This document shows positions 1 through 11,606 of a stretch of DNA of 64,000 bases, piece by piece; position 1 is the stretch's first letter; every line of letters starts with the position of its first letter. This stretch comes from Chlorokybus atmophyticus (Eukaryota; Plantae; Mesostigma and Chlorokybus algae). The notes under the pieces are model-generated. The model saw only the letters and a program-made list of their open reading frames with translations. It was not told the origin of the DNA and ran no database searches. A program made the translations under genes and the position numbers. The stretch lies in the NCBI GenBank assembly GCA_009103225.1, contig RHPI01000638.1, forward strand, positions 1 to 64,000, written 5' to 3'.

Positions 1-5
1 AGATT

Positions 6-1820
6 GTGGTGAGCAGAGAAGTCGTGTTCCACGAAGGCTCATCACAAGTTGAAGCTGAAGAAGGTTTCTACCCTCAAGATGAAGAAGACAAAGCACAACC
101 TGAAGAGCTTTCAAGCAAAGAAGAGGTTGAAGGCGAGGCATCAGTCATCAATAAAGAGCAGAGCTCATCTGTAGCAGGCGAGAAGCAGAAGCAGCAGGAG
201 CAAGCTCGACGCTACCCAGTGAGGGAAAGACAAGCACCTGACTTCTACAAGGCACACATCGCTAGTGTGCACAATGACGAGAGTGAAGAACCAAGCACCT
301 ACGAGGAGGCATTGCGAGCACCAGATGCAGAACAATGGCAGCGAGCTATGGATGATGAGATTGCATCACTCCATGCCAACAACACATGGGTGTTGGAGAA
401 GCCCCCGCAAGGTGTGAAGCCCATTCCGGTCAAGTGGGTGTTCAAGGTGAAGCGTGATGGTCAAGGCAACATCGAGCGCTACAAGGCAAGGTTGGTGGCA
501 AAGGGATTTTTGCAACAAGAAGGTGTGGATTTTAATGAAGTGTTTGCACCTGCAAGTAAGCATGCAACCTTCCGCACATTGATCGCCATGGTTGCTGCTG
601 AAGACCTCGAGTGTCACCACCTTGATGTGAAGACTGCTTTCCTTTACGGAGAGCTGGAGGAAGAGATCTACACCAAGCAACCACCAGGCTACGCAGAAGG
701 GGAGCCAGGCATGGCTTGCAAGTTGATCAAGGCTTTGTATGGGCTGCGACAAGCACCACGTGTGTGGCACATTCGCCTCACGAAAGAGTTGGAGAAACTC
801 GGCTACAAAGCATCCTCAGCGGATCCGGGGCTCTTCATCCATGAAGAGAAGAAGGTTTACTTGCTCGTGTATGTGGACGACATCATCGTCACGGCCAAGC
901 AAGTTGAAGACCTGAAGCAAACGAAGCACGGATTGCAGCAAGCATTCGCAGTACGCGACCTTGGAGAGGTCAAGTTATTTCTTGGCATGGTGATAGAGCG
1001 TGACAGAGCAGCACGCACAATCAAGATCAGCCAAGAGCAGATGGTGAAGCAACTTGTCACCAAGTTCGGACTCAACGAAGCAAAGACCAAGTCTACTCCA
1101 TTGGCACTCGGCACCAACCTCGTCAAAGCGAAAGATGAGGAAGTACTCGACAAGGCTCAGTATCCCTATGGTGAGCTTGTTGGGAGTATGCTCTACCTAG
1201 CAGTGTGCACAAGACCCGACATCGCACATGCAGTTGGAGTGCTTGCGCGCTACATGTCTGCACCAAGCATGGAGCACTGGCGTGCAGCGAAGGGAGTATT
1301 GCGCTACGTGGCTGGAAGCGCAAGTGTTGGCATCAAGTTTGGTTGCGGAAGCACAGAGATGGAGGGCTACTGCGACGCAGACTTTGCAGGCGACCTCGAC
1401 AGCAGGAGGTCCACTACGGCTTACGTATTTAAGTTGAATGGAGGCGTGGTAAGCTGGAACAGTAGGCTACAACCTACAACAGCAGCATCTACTTCGGAAG
1501 CGGAGTACATGGCAGCATCGGCTGCAGTGAAGGAGGCGTTATGGCTTCGCAAGCTGATGGCAGATCTGGAGCACCCGATGGCGTGTATCACGATCAACTG
1601 CGACAACCAAGGCGCCATCAAGTTGCTGAAGCACCCCATTGCCTCGACAAGGACAAAGCACATTGATGTCATGCATCACTTTGTGCGAGACAGAGTCACA
1701 CGCAAGGAGGTTGAGTTCCAATATTGCAATACGGAAGACATGCTCGCGAACTTCATGACGAAGCCACTGTCACCGCTGAAGTTCAAGGCATGTTGCAAGG
1801 GACTCGGCATATGTGCTTAG
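6..1820 (+). CDS. Copia polyprotein C-terminal part: reverse transcriptase and RNase H (open frame)
   Basis: Motifs EPSTYEEAL, KWVFKVK, RYKARLVAKGF, LDVKTAFLYG, LYGLRQAPR, YVDDII, YCDADFAGD..RRSTT, EAEYMA, CDNQGAI, RTKHIDV. Confidence 0.95.
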   Translation: MVSREVVFHEGSSQVEAEEGFYPQDEEDKAQPEELSSKEEVEGEASVINKEQSSSVAGEKQKQQEQARRYPVRERQAPDFYKAHIASVHNDESEEPSTYEEALRAPDAEQWQRAMDDEIASLHANNTWVLEKPPQGVKPIPVKWVFKVKRDGQGNIERYKARLVAKGFLQQEGVDFNEVFAPASKHATFRTLIAMVAAEDLECHHLDVKTAFLYGELEEEIYTKQPPGYAEGEPGMACKLIKALYGLRQAPRVWHIRLTKELEKLGYKASSADPGLFIHEEKKVYLLVYVDDIIVTAKQVEDLKQTKHGLQQAFAVRDLGEVKLFLGMVIERDRAARTIKISQEQMVKQLVTKFGLNEAKTKSTPLALGTNLVKAKDEEVLDKAQYPYGELVGSMLYLAVCTRPDIAHAVGVLARYMSAPSMEHWRAAKGVLRYVAGSASVGIKFGCGSTEMEGYCDADFAGDLDSRRSTTAYVFKLNGGVVSWNSRLQPTTAASTSEAEYMAASAAVKEALWLRKLMADLEHPMACITINCDNQGAIKLLKHPIASTRTKHIDVMHHFVRDRVTRKEVEFQYCNTEDMLANFMTKPLSPLKFKACCKGLGICA

Positions 1821-1865
1821 GTGAAAGAAGACCAAGCGTTGGAGGCCAAGCTGCCCGCGTGGGAG

Positions 1866-2267
1866 TGTTGAAGATATTCCTACATCCGGTCAGCCTGCCT
1901 TGCATACAAGAGAGAAGAGAAGGGACCTCGATGGGAGGACCTCGAAGACTCCGGACATAAAGGTCCTGGCGCGGACTGCAGAGAAGAGTCCTAGGAGAAT
2001 CGTCATATCTCCTAGAATACTTAGTCTTATAGGACGTGGCATAGCTTGTTACAAAGCTTATCAAGTTAGCTACGTGGCGCATCTTACAGCGTAGGATATG
2101 GTTCAGTATATTCGACGCTGTTGCATGTAGACCAGCAGTGTGTACAAACTGTGTACTGACTGGCGGGTATATAACCCCGCGGTCTGTTGGTAATAAATCG
2201 GGAAGTGTGTTGCCTTCTCCTGTGTGTCATTGCTTGCCCTCTTCACTTGCATGCTTGCTTCTCAACA
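1866..2267 (+). repeat. 3' LTR of copia A (402 bp)
   Basis: Starts TGTTGA directly after the PPT and ends TCAACA. Shares blocks with the LTRs at 28872-29194/16345-16481 (minus strand) and 35385-35902. Confidence 0.85.
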
Positions 2268-5200
2268 CAGGGTTGCAATTGACGCCATCAGCACGACAGA
2301 GCAAGCGACAAAGAGGGGATAGGCGCTGGAGCAGCAGAGCGACAATTGTCACAAAAAAGCAGTACGAGCACCAGAGACAGGCAGCTGCTAACCAAGACAT
2401 AGGCTTAAGCCTCCAAGATACCCGTTGGTCCGTCGCTCCCGCTTCTCCCAGCCGCGCTTCCCCGCCGCGCCCCGCCCCGCCACCCGCCGCCGCCGCCGCC
2501 GCCGTCGTTTACAAGCCAAGTCAAGGCAATGGGCGAAGGCAATGTTGTCATTGCAGCTGCTCTCTTGCTTCTGTAGTGGTACATCGTCGACGACCGTGCA
2601 TGGCAACGACAGTATCAAGCACGGATGTCGGCGTAGCCCTGAGATATACAGCGGCCCGCTAGTGGCAGCGGCGCAGTTGATCGCCGATGTGCTCGGTGCT
2701 ATGGGTCGGTGGTCGATGCTCACGCCCAAAACCACAGCTCGCTGCCGATTTGCCAACCAAGCGCGCATGTGCGTACCTGCAGAGGTCCAGCTTGTCCAGT
2801 TTGCAAGCCAAGTCAAATTGTTGATTTGGAATGGTTGTCATCTCAGTCAGCTGGTGTCAGCATTGTTGGGGGTTGGCGAACAGTCATAAGATTGGTTGTT
2901 GTTGCACTGCAGTTAAGGGTTACAATGTCACCCACACCTGTGGCGTGTCGAGTGTGTGATTGGGATGAGACACCGGCATGAAGTGCTGACACACGCATGT
3001 CAGCACTTCATGCCGGTGGCTTGCATGCTTGAAGCCTGCTGAGGTGGTGGGCGGGGGGCGTTGTTGGTGTGATGACCGCTGCACCTTGCTGCGACGCGTG
3101 CGCTCACGTACATACACATGGGCTAATGCATTTCCATGTGCATGTGCACGTCGTGTCATGGCATGAAGTAACAGAAGGTGCACACTAACATGGCATGGTC
3201 AGCATGTGTTTCTGGTGAAAACTTCTTGACATACGCATGCACACGCGCAGAACTATAAACCACCACTTCAACTGCTGCTTTACAACTTGCAGGATCGGTG
3301 GTAATCTCACATCGTGACGATGATGTTGACAATCACATGCATGAGGTTGACCAACACTTGGCATGATAAGTCGCATCAAGCGTGGTGATTTGCCTTATCA
3401 TTTCCCCCTCGCTTACGCCATTGAGCACACAGTGAATGCAGCTCAAATGAACCCGCCCAACACTCTAGCAACAACATCCACCAGTTCATCTCACAGCCTA
3501 CTTTCAGCCCCGCGAAAGACATTGAGCGCGTGTAACAGTATCTTAATGATCCTCGCTTTGAGCGGGGGAAGCGAGCTTAAAGGTCGCCTGCCTCTCAGAT
3601 AGCTCACTCTTACCCCGAGCATGCAAGCCTCGCAGATGGATACGAGGTCTACGTTGCCAGGTGAATAAGCTCATGCTCTGTGCACGCACACACATGCACG
3701 CTAGTACGCACATGCATCCGTGCGCGCGCACACACTGGGTCTGTTAAGCAGGCCTAGGTATTAAGTGCATTTCGGTTGCCAAGTAAGTGTATGTAGCAGC
3801 AGCTGCTACATACAAGCTTACTGGCGGCTACGCCTACATCGTGTGTACATACGTGTTCATGGTGACGGTAACTGCATGTGTAACGGGAGCAATAGTATTG
3901 GGGACATTATTGCGACCTAAATAAGCTACACAAGCTTCGTTTGTGTTAATAAGTATACTTATTTACTTATTCACACCTTGATAATATTGTAATGATAATA
4001 TTGTATATATAAGTCCCAACGGGTGTAGGACCGCCTGTTCAAGCCTATTTAAGGTCGCATATTATATATGCGACCATTATAGCCAGCTATCGCAATAGGT
4101 ATCTTACTGTTAGGTCCCTTATCGTTAGGTATCTGAGCTTTAATTGGCTCACGCTAAATTTCTAACGGTTACCCTATCTGTAGGGTTGTTATTTTGGAGT
4201 TAAGTTTGATATCAAGACACATATGTCTGATAAACTCTTGATATAAAAGGTCCCATCAACTGATGAGACCTCATTCAGTCCTCTGCCACAGCGTCATGCT
4301 GCCGGCGGCTTGACAGGCTTGTCGTTGGCGGTGTGGGTGTTAGGGTAGAGGATTGAAGGGTTGTTGGCGGCGACGCCGGCATCTGTTACATTGGTATCCA
4401 GGAGCTGGGGGGTGACGTGAGGACTTGTATTCGGCGGCGACCTGCTTCGAAAGCTGCTGGAATTCCGGCCAATTGAAAGGCGGCAGCGGCAGCTTTTCAA
4501 TCGTCCACGTGCCCTCAAGTTTAAGTTTGCTTCCCTGCGCTACCTCAACATCTCAAAGGCCATTAAAGAGGCGGCGTGCGAGGTACCCCCGTACACATCT
4601 TGCCTGCTTGCCAGTGCACGTGTGTGTGGGTCTTCATAGGCTCTCAAGCTCAGCAGTGACTGCTTGCCAGTGCATGCGTGTCACACATCACTATTGTCAT
4701 TGTGTGTTTGCCAGTGCATGCGGGTTGTGGCTTGCCAGTGTATTTCATTACTGCTCGTCACAGACCGCACTATCATTAGGTCGAGTTGCACTTCATTACT
4801 TGCAGTGATTGCTTGTTACATCATTGTATCAATGCTTGTCACAAGCACAGTGATTGCCAGCAATGATTGTTCCAAGCGCAGTGATCAATACCGTGATTGC
4901 AACTGACTTTCTAATCACTGCCTTCACTGCCCATCAATGTACATCTCCGGCCATCACTGCGACTCACCTCTGTATTATTGGCTATACGCCAAGTATGTAG
5001 GTCCAAACTCCGGCTGTTCCTAACCTCTCCCCCTCTGCCTCAGTGCTGGAGGTCGGGACTTGGTTGGGAGTCCTAACTGAGGACAGTTTGAAGGTAAGAT
5101 TAGGACATTCTGGTCTCACATTTGGAAAGTCCCAACAACTCCCCCTCTGCCTCAGTGCTGGAGATCGAGACTGTGTTTTGGACAATCTTGAGTCAGGACA

Positions 5201-5773
5201 ATCTGGTCCCATTCAGACCTAAAATCTCTTTGCTGACATTGCAGATCCAACCTCTCCTATTCTGAGACTGGCTTGAAACCAACGACAGTTATTGTGACCG
5301 TGTCGTTGAACCTGGTCCTTTGGTGAGGTTCTCACCATTCCATTTTGCCTGCTTTGCAGACAAATGGCGGAAAAGTCGGTGCCCACCTCACAGGGGGAAA
5401 GCTTAGAACAGGAGCAACTTTCCCGTGAAGAGGAATTTCCATCCATGAAAGATATTCCAAATTTGGATGATGCACCTAATGAGTCTCAAGCTGCCAAAGC
5501 TGTGGATGCTTCAGTGGATAATAGACCAGCTTCTATATTCCCCGAATAATCTATTGCATGACACGGCAAGACTTAATGGACCATGTCCTTGGCACCTATG
5601 ATCAGGATCCTCGTGAGGCAATTGTCTCACTCATGAACTTTCTCTTCTTTATGGCAGAAAAAGTCTCAAAGCTCACCACCGTGATGGGGCGAGATTGGGA
5701 GGGGCAGATGGGTGAAGGCAAACGAGTTCTGCAACATGATTGAACGCCATCAACGTGCTGACAGCGTACCACC

Positions 5774-7238
5774 CACCGGTAGAAATGGCCCCCCGACAGT
5801 TCGGTCTTGCCCACAACTTAAATGGAGATCCAGCTATAACTTACTTAGGGATCCATATGCAAGCAGCGTATCGATTTTTGCACTTTTTCCTGCTGCAGCC
5901 AAAACTTAGTTTGGTATCCAGCTGCCATTAAGCTCAAGTAGTTGGTGTGCATCAAGTTCGCTATCCGTCTTTTCTTTCCTACTTCAATTTTATTAATGGC
6001 CATATTCTATACTAAGTTTTGGTTAGACCATATTATGGGGATTGATCTTAATGCGTAATCTCACCAGAAATGTTATGGCCGCAGTTCGCTGCAAAAAGCG
6101 AAAACCGTCGTAACACCGGGCATTTTGCGTCTCCATTGCCGGGGTTGGAACCTGCGTGGACGAGTCTGTCGGGTTGATATGCAACAACCTAACGACCTTA
6201 GCACTGAATGACTAGACTACGACGACAAAAGGCAAGGTGAGGTGTGTTTGCTATGTAAAGTGTTTAACTACTTGCTCCATTAATTGTTCTTCTCGCCAGC
6301 TGTATTGCATTCATGTATAAACATGTGTCCCGCGACACATGCACCACGGTTGCATACAACAGAACTACACTGTACACTGTACCGGTAAACAGTTTTGACA
6401 TGTGTTTACAGTTTTTAACTATATTATGTATATACATATTGGTCATGATAAAAAGACTAAAATATATTACATATGTATACATTACGAAATACTGTAGACA
6501 CCTTGATCAATAATTTATTAATATTAAACAGTTGAGCACCGGTAGGTGTTTTAACACAAGTTGTTGGTCTGCGGGTGGCGTGGGGTTTGAACCTGGGTTA
6601 GCGACGCTAAGCACCCTATCACAGCGTTAGAGCAGGGCAGGCTGTTGCCATAAACTGCCTCTGTCACCTACCACTGGCACGTTGCGCCGGTGCGTTATTA
6701 ATTAATAGATTGGTCAATGACCACTGCTCATAGTATGCTGCGTCATTATTAAGGCAAGTACCAGGTAGGCCTTTATGATCAGGTGGCAAGTAAGTTCAGG
6801 CGGTTGTAATAGTGCGGTGTAGCGACCGACGTGACAACTTTATGACTGCTAAATCCATGCATTAATGATGGAACCAATCACGGTCGCAACAGTAATTCGT
6901 CTCGGCCATTGTTTTGACCTAAATGCGTTGTAATGTAACCTTTGTGGCCCCAACGGCGTCAGAGAAGTGGTCAATATTTTGATAGACATTCGTACATGTC
7001 TTTGTCACGACCGTGGTTGTTAACAATCGTAACGCGCGGTCATCAACATTGTTAGGGATTTGGTACAAATTAAGCGATCGGCTGATGGCCGCTCGTGACA
7101 GGTTTTAACTTATATAGGGATCTAGCTATAAATAGTATAAATAGTTAGGGATCTTGCGAATCGCTAACAAACTTGGCACTGAATCTCTAATAAAGTTAAG
7201 GATCCAGCCTAATTTGTCGAAACCCATTTCTACCGATG
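5774..7238. mobile_element. Non-autonomous CACTA/EnSpm-like element, copy 1 (1465 bp)
   Basis: 15-bp TIR CACCGGTAGAAATGG / CCATTTCTACCGATG and a 3-bp TSD ACC (5771-5773, 7239-7241). Related copy at 33404-34895. Confidence 0.85.
6129..6226 (-). other. Degenerate tRNA-like (Glu/Asp-like) Pol III cassette inside MITE copy 1
   Basis: Minus strand reads GTCGTCGTAGTCTAG (A-box-like) ... GCAGGTTCCAACCCCGGCAATGGAGAC (B-box-like). Longer than a mature tRNA. Confidence 0.45.
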
Positions 7239-8181
7239 ACCTGTTCAGGTTTTTGCTCGTCCTGCCGGGTTTAATCCCAAAAAGCATGCCATTTTCGACT
7301 GGTTCGTGAAGCTACGACACTACAACAATTCCCTTCGCATATCTGAGGAGGGGAAGTTGAGGGTTGCTGAGTTGCTGATTCCGGATGATGCTCTCTCAGA
7401 GTGGCATCGCCGTAAGCAGCGCGACACGATTACTACACGATCCTCGAGCGGGAAGTGAGCCATTTCTGCGCTTTTATGGAACAGCGCTACGGCGGCACCG
7501 GCCCGCTCAACAAGCTCGCAACCAACTTTACAACCTGCGACAGAATGGCCGTGCTATCCATCAATACAAAGCATTTCCAATCATGTGTCACCAAATCAAT
7601 GCTGGCAAGTTGCCAATCAGTAATGCTGATGAGTTGGACATGTGCAAGCGTGGCCTCGATATTGATCTGTTGAAGTTAGTGGCCATCACTCAGCCAACGG
7701 GCACAGAGTGGACAGCAGATGAGCTTCCCCAACTGATGAACGTGGTGACGGCTGTGGATAGTGTGACGAGGGGTGTGCAAACCGCACAAACTTTGCCTCA
7801 AAAGCGTCCCGCTATCGACTCTGCCAAGCCACATCCGGGCTTTAAGGTTCCCAAGCGTGTGCATCCTCAGGCTAGTCCTGCTGGTCCCTCTTCCGCTGCG
7901 AAGCCGGTTGTGACTTGCAAGAAGTCAGCGCACACTAAGGCTAACTGCTTTGCGAAGAAGAACAAGCAATCCAAGCAGCAAAAGAAGGACAGTAAATAGG
8001 AGCTGTTCGTGATGAGTAGCATGTTACACAGTGATACATTAAACTCTGTACTTTGTAATAAAGTTTTTGCTTTGTGTGCTATTTCAGATGTGTGGATCGA
8101 TGTGAGCGACCCCGTTGTTTCTAATGCGCGTGGTTGTATTCTCATCAATGTGCCAGTTTCTGAGTTGTTGTTTGCCATTAA

Positions 8182-11100
8182 CACTATGATGGTAACTGTA
8201 CTAGTTTTGGTACTTGTACTCTTTTTAGTACAAAAGATCGCCCTTTTTTGGCCGCGACATATCTCATGAACTAGGCTACCGTTGGAACATTGGCTTATAT
8301 CGAGCTGTAGCAAACTTCACGTAGCACATCGTAAAAATAGTTTCAGATTTTTGAATTAAGCAGCATAAAAGTTGAAACTTTTACAAGTGGCACCATCTGC
8401 GCACAAAACGCCTTGATTTTGAGACTTTCAAGGCTGTTTAGGGCCAAATTAAGATTACGAAAGGTTGTGAGTTGTGAGCGAGAATCGGCAGTAAAGTTGG
8501 CTAACGACAGCAAATGGCGGCTACCACCTGTGGCACTGTGGCGACCATGGCGAGGAGGGCGGCGGGAGGCGTGGCGGGAGAGGCTGCGGCGGCGGCAAGT
8601 GGGGCTGAAAATGGTGTGGGGGGTAGGTCTCATGGTTGGGTAGGTCGTAGACTCAAAGTTCCTGCCACGTATTGGTCCGTAGTATGGGCCAAAGCAAAGT
8701 TTGGGACTGCTTGGCAGTCCACCACGCTAGATGGTGAGGTGGTTGGGTTCAAGCAGGGGGCACGAGTGGACAAGGATAGATGGGAGTGTAGTTGGGCTTA
8801 TGACAACTCAGGTACACTGCTGAAGGCAGTAGTTATTGAGCAATACCTCGTGCAAGATTAAGTGAGCGAGCCATTGACGATGCGCACGTCGAGCATAACA
8901 AAACTCTCGCTGCCTCACATGATGCGCGAGGAGGTGTAGCAGCGGCAGAGCGCAATGAGGAGGAGCTGCTTGCAATGGGGGCACCTCCTGAGAGTGAGGA
9001 GGAGGAGGAGGAGGAGGAGGAGGAGAGCGAAGAAGACGATGAGAGTGAGGAGGAGGATACGCAGGCAGGGGTAGGATGTAGAGGTAGGGGTGGAGGCAGA
9101 GGTAGGGGAGGAGGCAGCAGAGGACGTGGCAGTCAGCGCGATGTCCAACCCATCACTAGCACGCGGCGAGGTCGCGGGCGTCCCCCTCGCAGGGGGGGCG
9201 CGGATGTGGGCGTGTAAGAGTGCGGACTTCTCTTCGCCAGCCCCTCGACTCAGAAGATGAGGTCACTGGCGTGTCGGGGTCAAGCACTGATGAGGAGGAA
9301 ACACTGCAAGGTGTGTGCACGTAAACCAAGCATGGGGTAGCATGGTGACATTCAAGTTATCAACACATGTGTATGCATGTGTATGCATGTGTATGCTGCA
9401 GACATAAGTGTTACAAGTAATGGTGTGAATGGTGACGCTAATCCTCGTGCGGTGCGGTGGTGAGTGGGAGGGGAACATGAGTGCATGTCATGGCTTGAGC
9501 CTGCCACATTCATTGGTCACGTTGGTCCTGCCATTCCGGCATGTACCCTCAAGGAATCCGTTGCAGATGTTGCTTCTCTTCATCCCACTTGCTTTATGGA
9601 ATCACGCCATCGTGCAAACAAACCTTTACGCTAGTGCACCATGCAGTTTCTGATCCTGATGGTGGGCGTCAATGGGTGCCTGTCACTCGTCAAGAGTTGT
9701 TGCGTTGGGTTGGCTTGACACTTGCCATGTCGTGCCACACATTGAATGACATGCAATCATATTGGCGCACTGGTCTGATGGGGGCAGTCACATTTCCTAA
9801 CCTTGGTTGGTTCATGAGTATGGTACGCTATCAGCAAATAAAACGCTACTTTCACTTGAATGACAATAGTCAAAGGCCTACCGGTCACACGACAAGTGAC
9901 TATAAGCTATGGCATATACTACCCATCATAAACACATTGCGACAAACTTTCAGGCGGCATTACAAGCCTGGTAAAAATGTTACTATTGATGAGCGCACTA
10001 TTCCCATACATAATTGAATGTGTCTTGTCGCATTTATAATCCTAGCAAGCTTTACAAGTTTGGTATTGAGATTTTTCAAGCTTGTGACTCCAAGACCTAC
10101 TATTGCTATGACTTTATTGATTATGAGAAATGCCCACGGCCCGAGCTTCACACTTATGTGGTACAACAACTAGTAGCTTCAATGCCGTATGCTCATCATC
10201 ATTTCGCACTTGATCGTGGATTTACCTCACCTAAGCTACTATTATGGTTGAGAGCACAAGGGCATAGCGGTACGAGTACTATTGTAGCTAATTGAGTTGG
10301 GTACCCATCACAAATGATCACACTAGACAACCGAGATGAACAAGGTGACTATAGATGTGCTGTTGCCCCCAGTGATGGCCTAATTGCAGTGTGTTGGAAG
10401 GACAAAAAGCCAGTCTTTTTTCTCTCCACATGTCATGGTGTTGCACGCGGCATTGTGTCTCGCATGCAATTTAATGGTAGAAGGGCAGAGGTAGCCGCTC
10501 CCGACTGTGCAGTTGTTTACAACCAGCACAAGGACGATGTCGAGCAGTACAACAAGTATTGTCTCATGACCAACTACTCCATTCAGAAACAGTCCAAGTC
10601 TATCAAGTGGCACCGCGCTTGGTGGGGTTTAGTTGATGGTGCAGTGGCTAACATGTGGGTGTTTTGCACATGCCAATCCCACATACACGCGCATGGAGTT
10701 TGTGCTGGAGCTGCAAGAGCAATTGGTGCACAACACGCTGCACTCTAGACCTATCGGTGAAGTACTCTTGAGGTACTATGCATCTGCAAGCTTGTGTGCA
10801 TGTCACTTGTGCTTGACGTCTTTGCATCTGCAATTGCAAAGTTGACATCTTTGCATTGATGTGGTAGGGAGCTTTGCAGTTGCACACATGCAATAGCAAA
10901 GGTGACGTCTTTGCATATGCATGTGCTCAGTTGGGCACATACGCTTGTTATTGTTGTTGTCGTTGTTGTTGCTGCATATTGTTGTTGTTGTTGTAGATGG
11001 TTTCTATCAACGCCTAACAAGGTTGTCCTTTCAAACAGGCAGCATATGCTTGTTGTCGTTGTAGCTGTCGCTGTTTGATTGCTGTAAACGCCTAACAAGG

Positions 11101-11601
11101 TTGTCCTCTTAATCAGGCAACAGGCTGCATTCATAGACCCGCAAGGGAGGTTTGGGGGCGGCCATTTCATTGACAAGCACCCATCTGCAAGGCAACAATG
11201 GTGCCTGGTGTGTGCTGCAGTTGCACGCAGCACTGTTCCTCTTCCAGGCGACCCGCACACCAGAGGCAAGAAGACTACCTACTGGTGTCAGCGTTGCAAC
11301 GTTCATCTGTGCAAGCGCGATTGCTTCCAGCGCTTTCACACTAATAGGATCAGCCGCATGGCGGCGCTGCTAACGCAGCGGCCGCCATAGCCAGGTGATC
11401 TTCTGCTTCGGCGGTTGCCTCTAGCGGCGGCGGCGTGGGCGACGTGGCTGGTGGTGGTGTTGGGGTAGGGGATTAGGGGGAGGAGGGAGCACCCCCTCTC
11501 CTTACAGACAGGAACATTACCACTTCAGGTAATTTTTGACAAAATCGCAACCAATCACAGCATTCCAACGTTGGCAACTTTTGATGGTTGATCAGTATTA
11601 C
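8182..11601 (+). mobile_element. piggyBac-like DNA transposon inserted in the gypsy element (ends inferred)
   Basis: Contains a piggyBac transposase. Joining TTAA 8178-8181 to TTAA 11602-11605 restores an in-frame gypsy reading ELLFAIKWRFEGQCMGASCTSLIDTGA. TIRs are not recognisable. Confidence 0.6.
8514..11373 (+). pseudogene. piggyBac transposase (DDE_Tnp_1_7-like) with acidic/RGG N-terminus and C-terminal Cys-rich domain; frameshifted
   Basis: Motifs MSMVRYQQIKRYFHL, NVTIDE (9988), KFGIEIFQACDS, FALDRGFTSPKL (10212), YNQHKDDVE, and CQRCNVHLCKRDCFQRFH at about 11285-11340. Confidence 0.85.
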
Positions 11602-11606
11602 TTAAG

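Larger units (their letters stand above)
1..2267 (+). mobile_element. Ty1/copia LTR retrotransposon A, 3' half (truncated by window start)
   Basis: RT-RNase H ORF, then a polypurine-tract-like GCTGCCCGCGTGGGAG, then a TGTTGA...TCAACA-bounded LTR. Confidence 0.95.
5364..7999 (+). pseudogene. Gypsy gag, split by a CACTA-like MITE
   Basis: Removing 5774-7238 and one ACC gives the read-through RADSVPP|VQVFARPAGFNPKKHAIFDWF. Also the retrotransposon-gag motif QQARNQLYNLRQ and a degenerate zinc knuckle CKKSAHTKANC. Frameshifts and stops present. Confidence 0.8.

Noticed and set aside
2268-5360. Coding-like and repeat-like fragments (including a 25-bp direct repeat at 5027/5139) as a gene or the gypsy 5' LTR
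   Set aside because: No recognisable motif, no matching second LTR and no clear PBS.
6129-6226. Functional tRNA gene
   Set aside because: Acceptor stem and boxes are degenerate and differ between the two copies; kept only as tRNA-like.
8187-11588. TGATGGT direct repeat as the TSD of the 8-11 kb insertion
   Set aside because: Joining there leaves the protease out of frame and no TIRs appear; TTAA fits piggyBac better.
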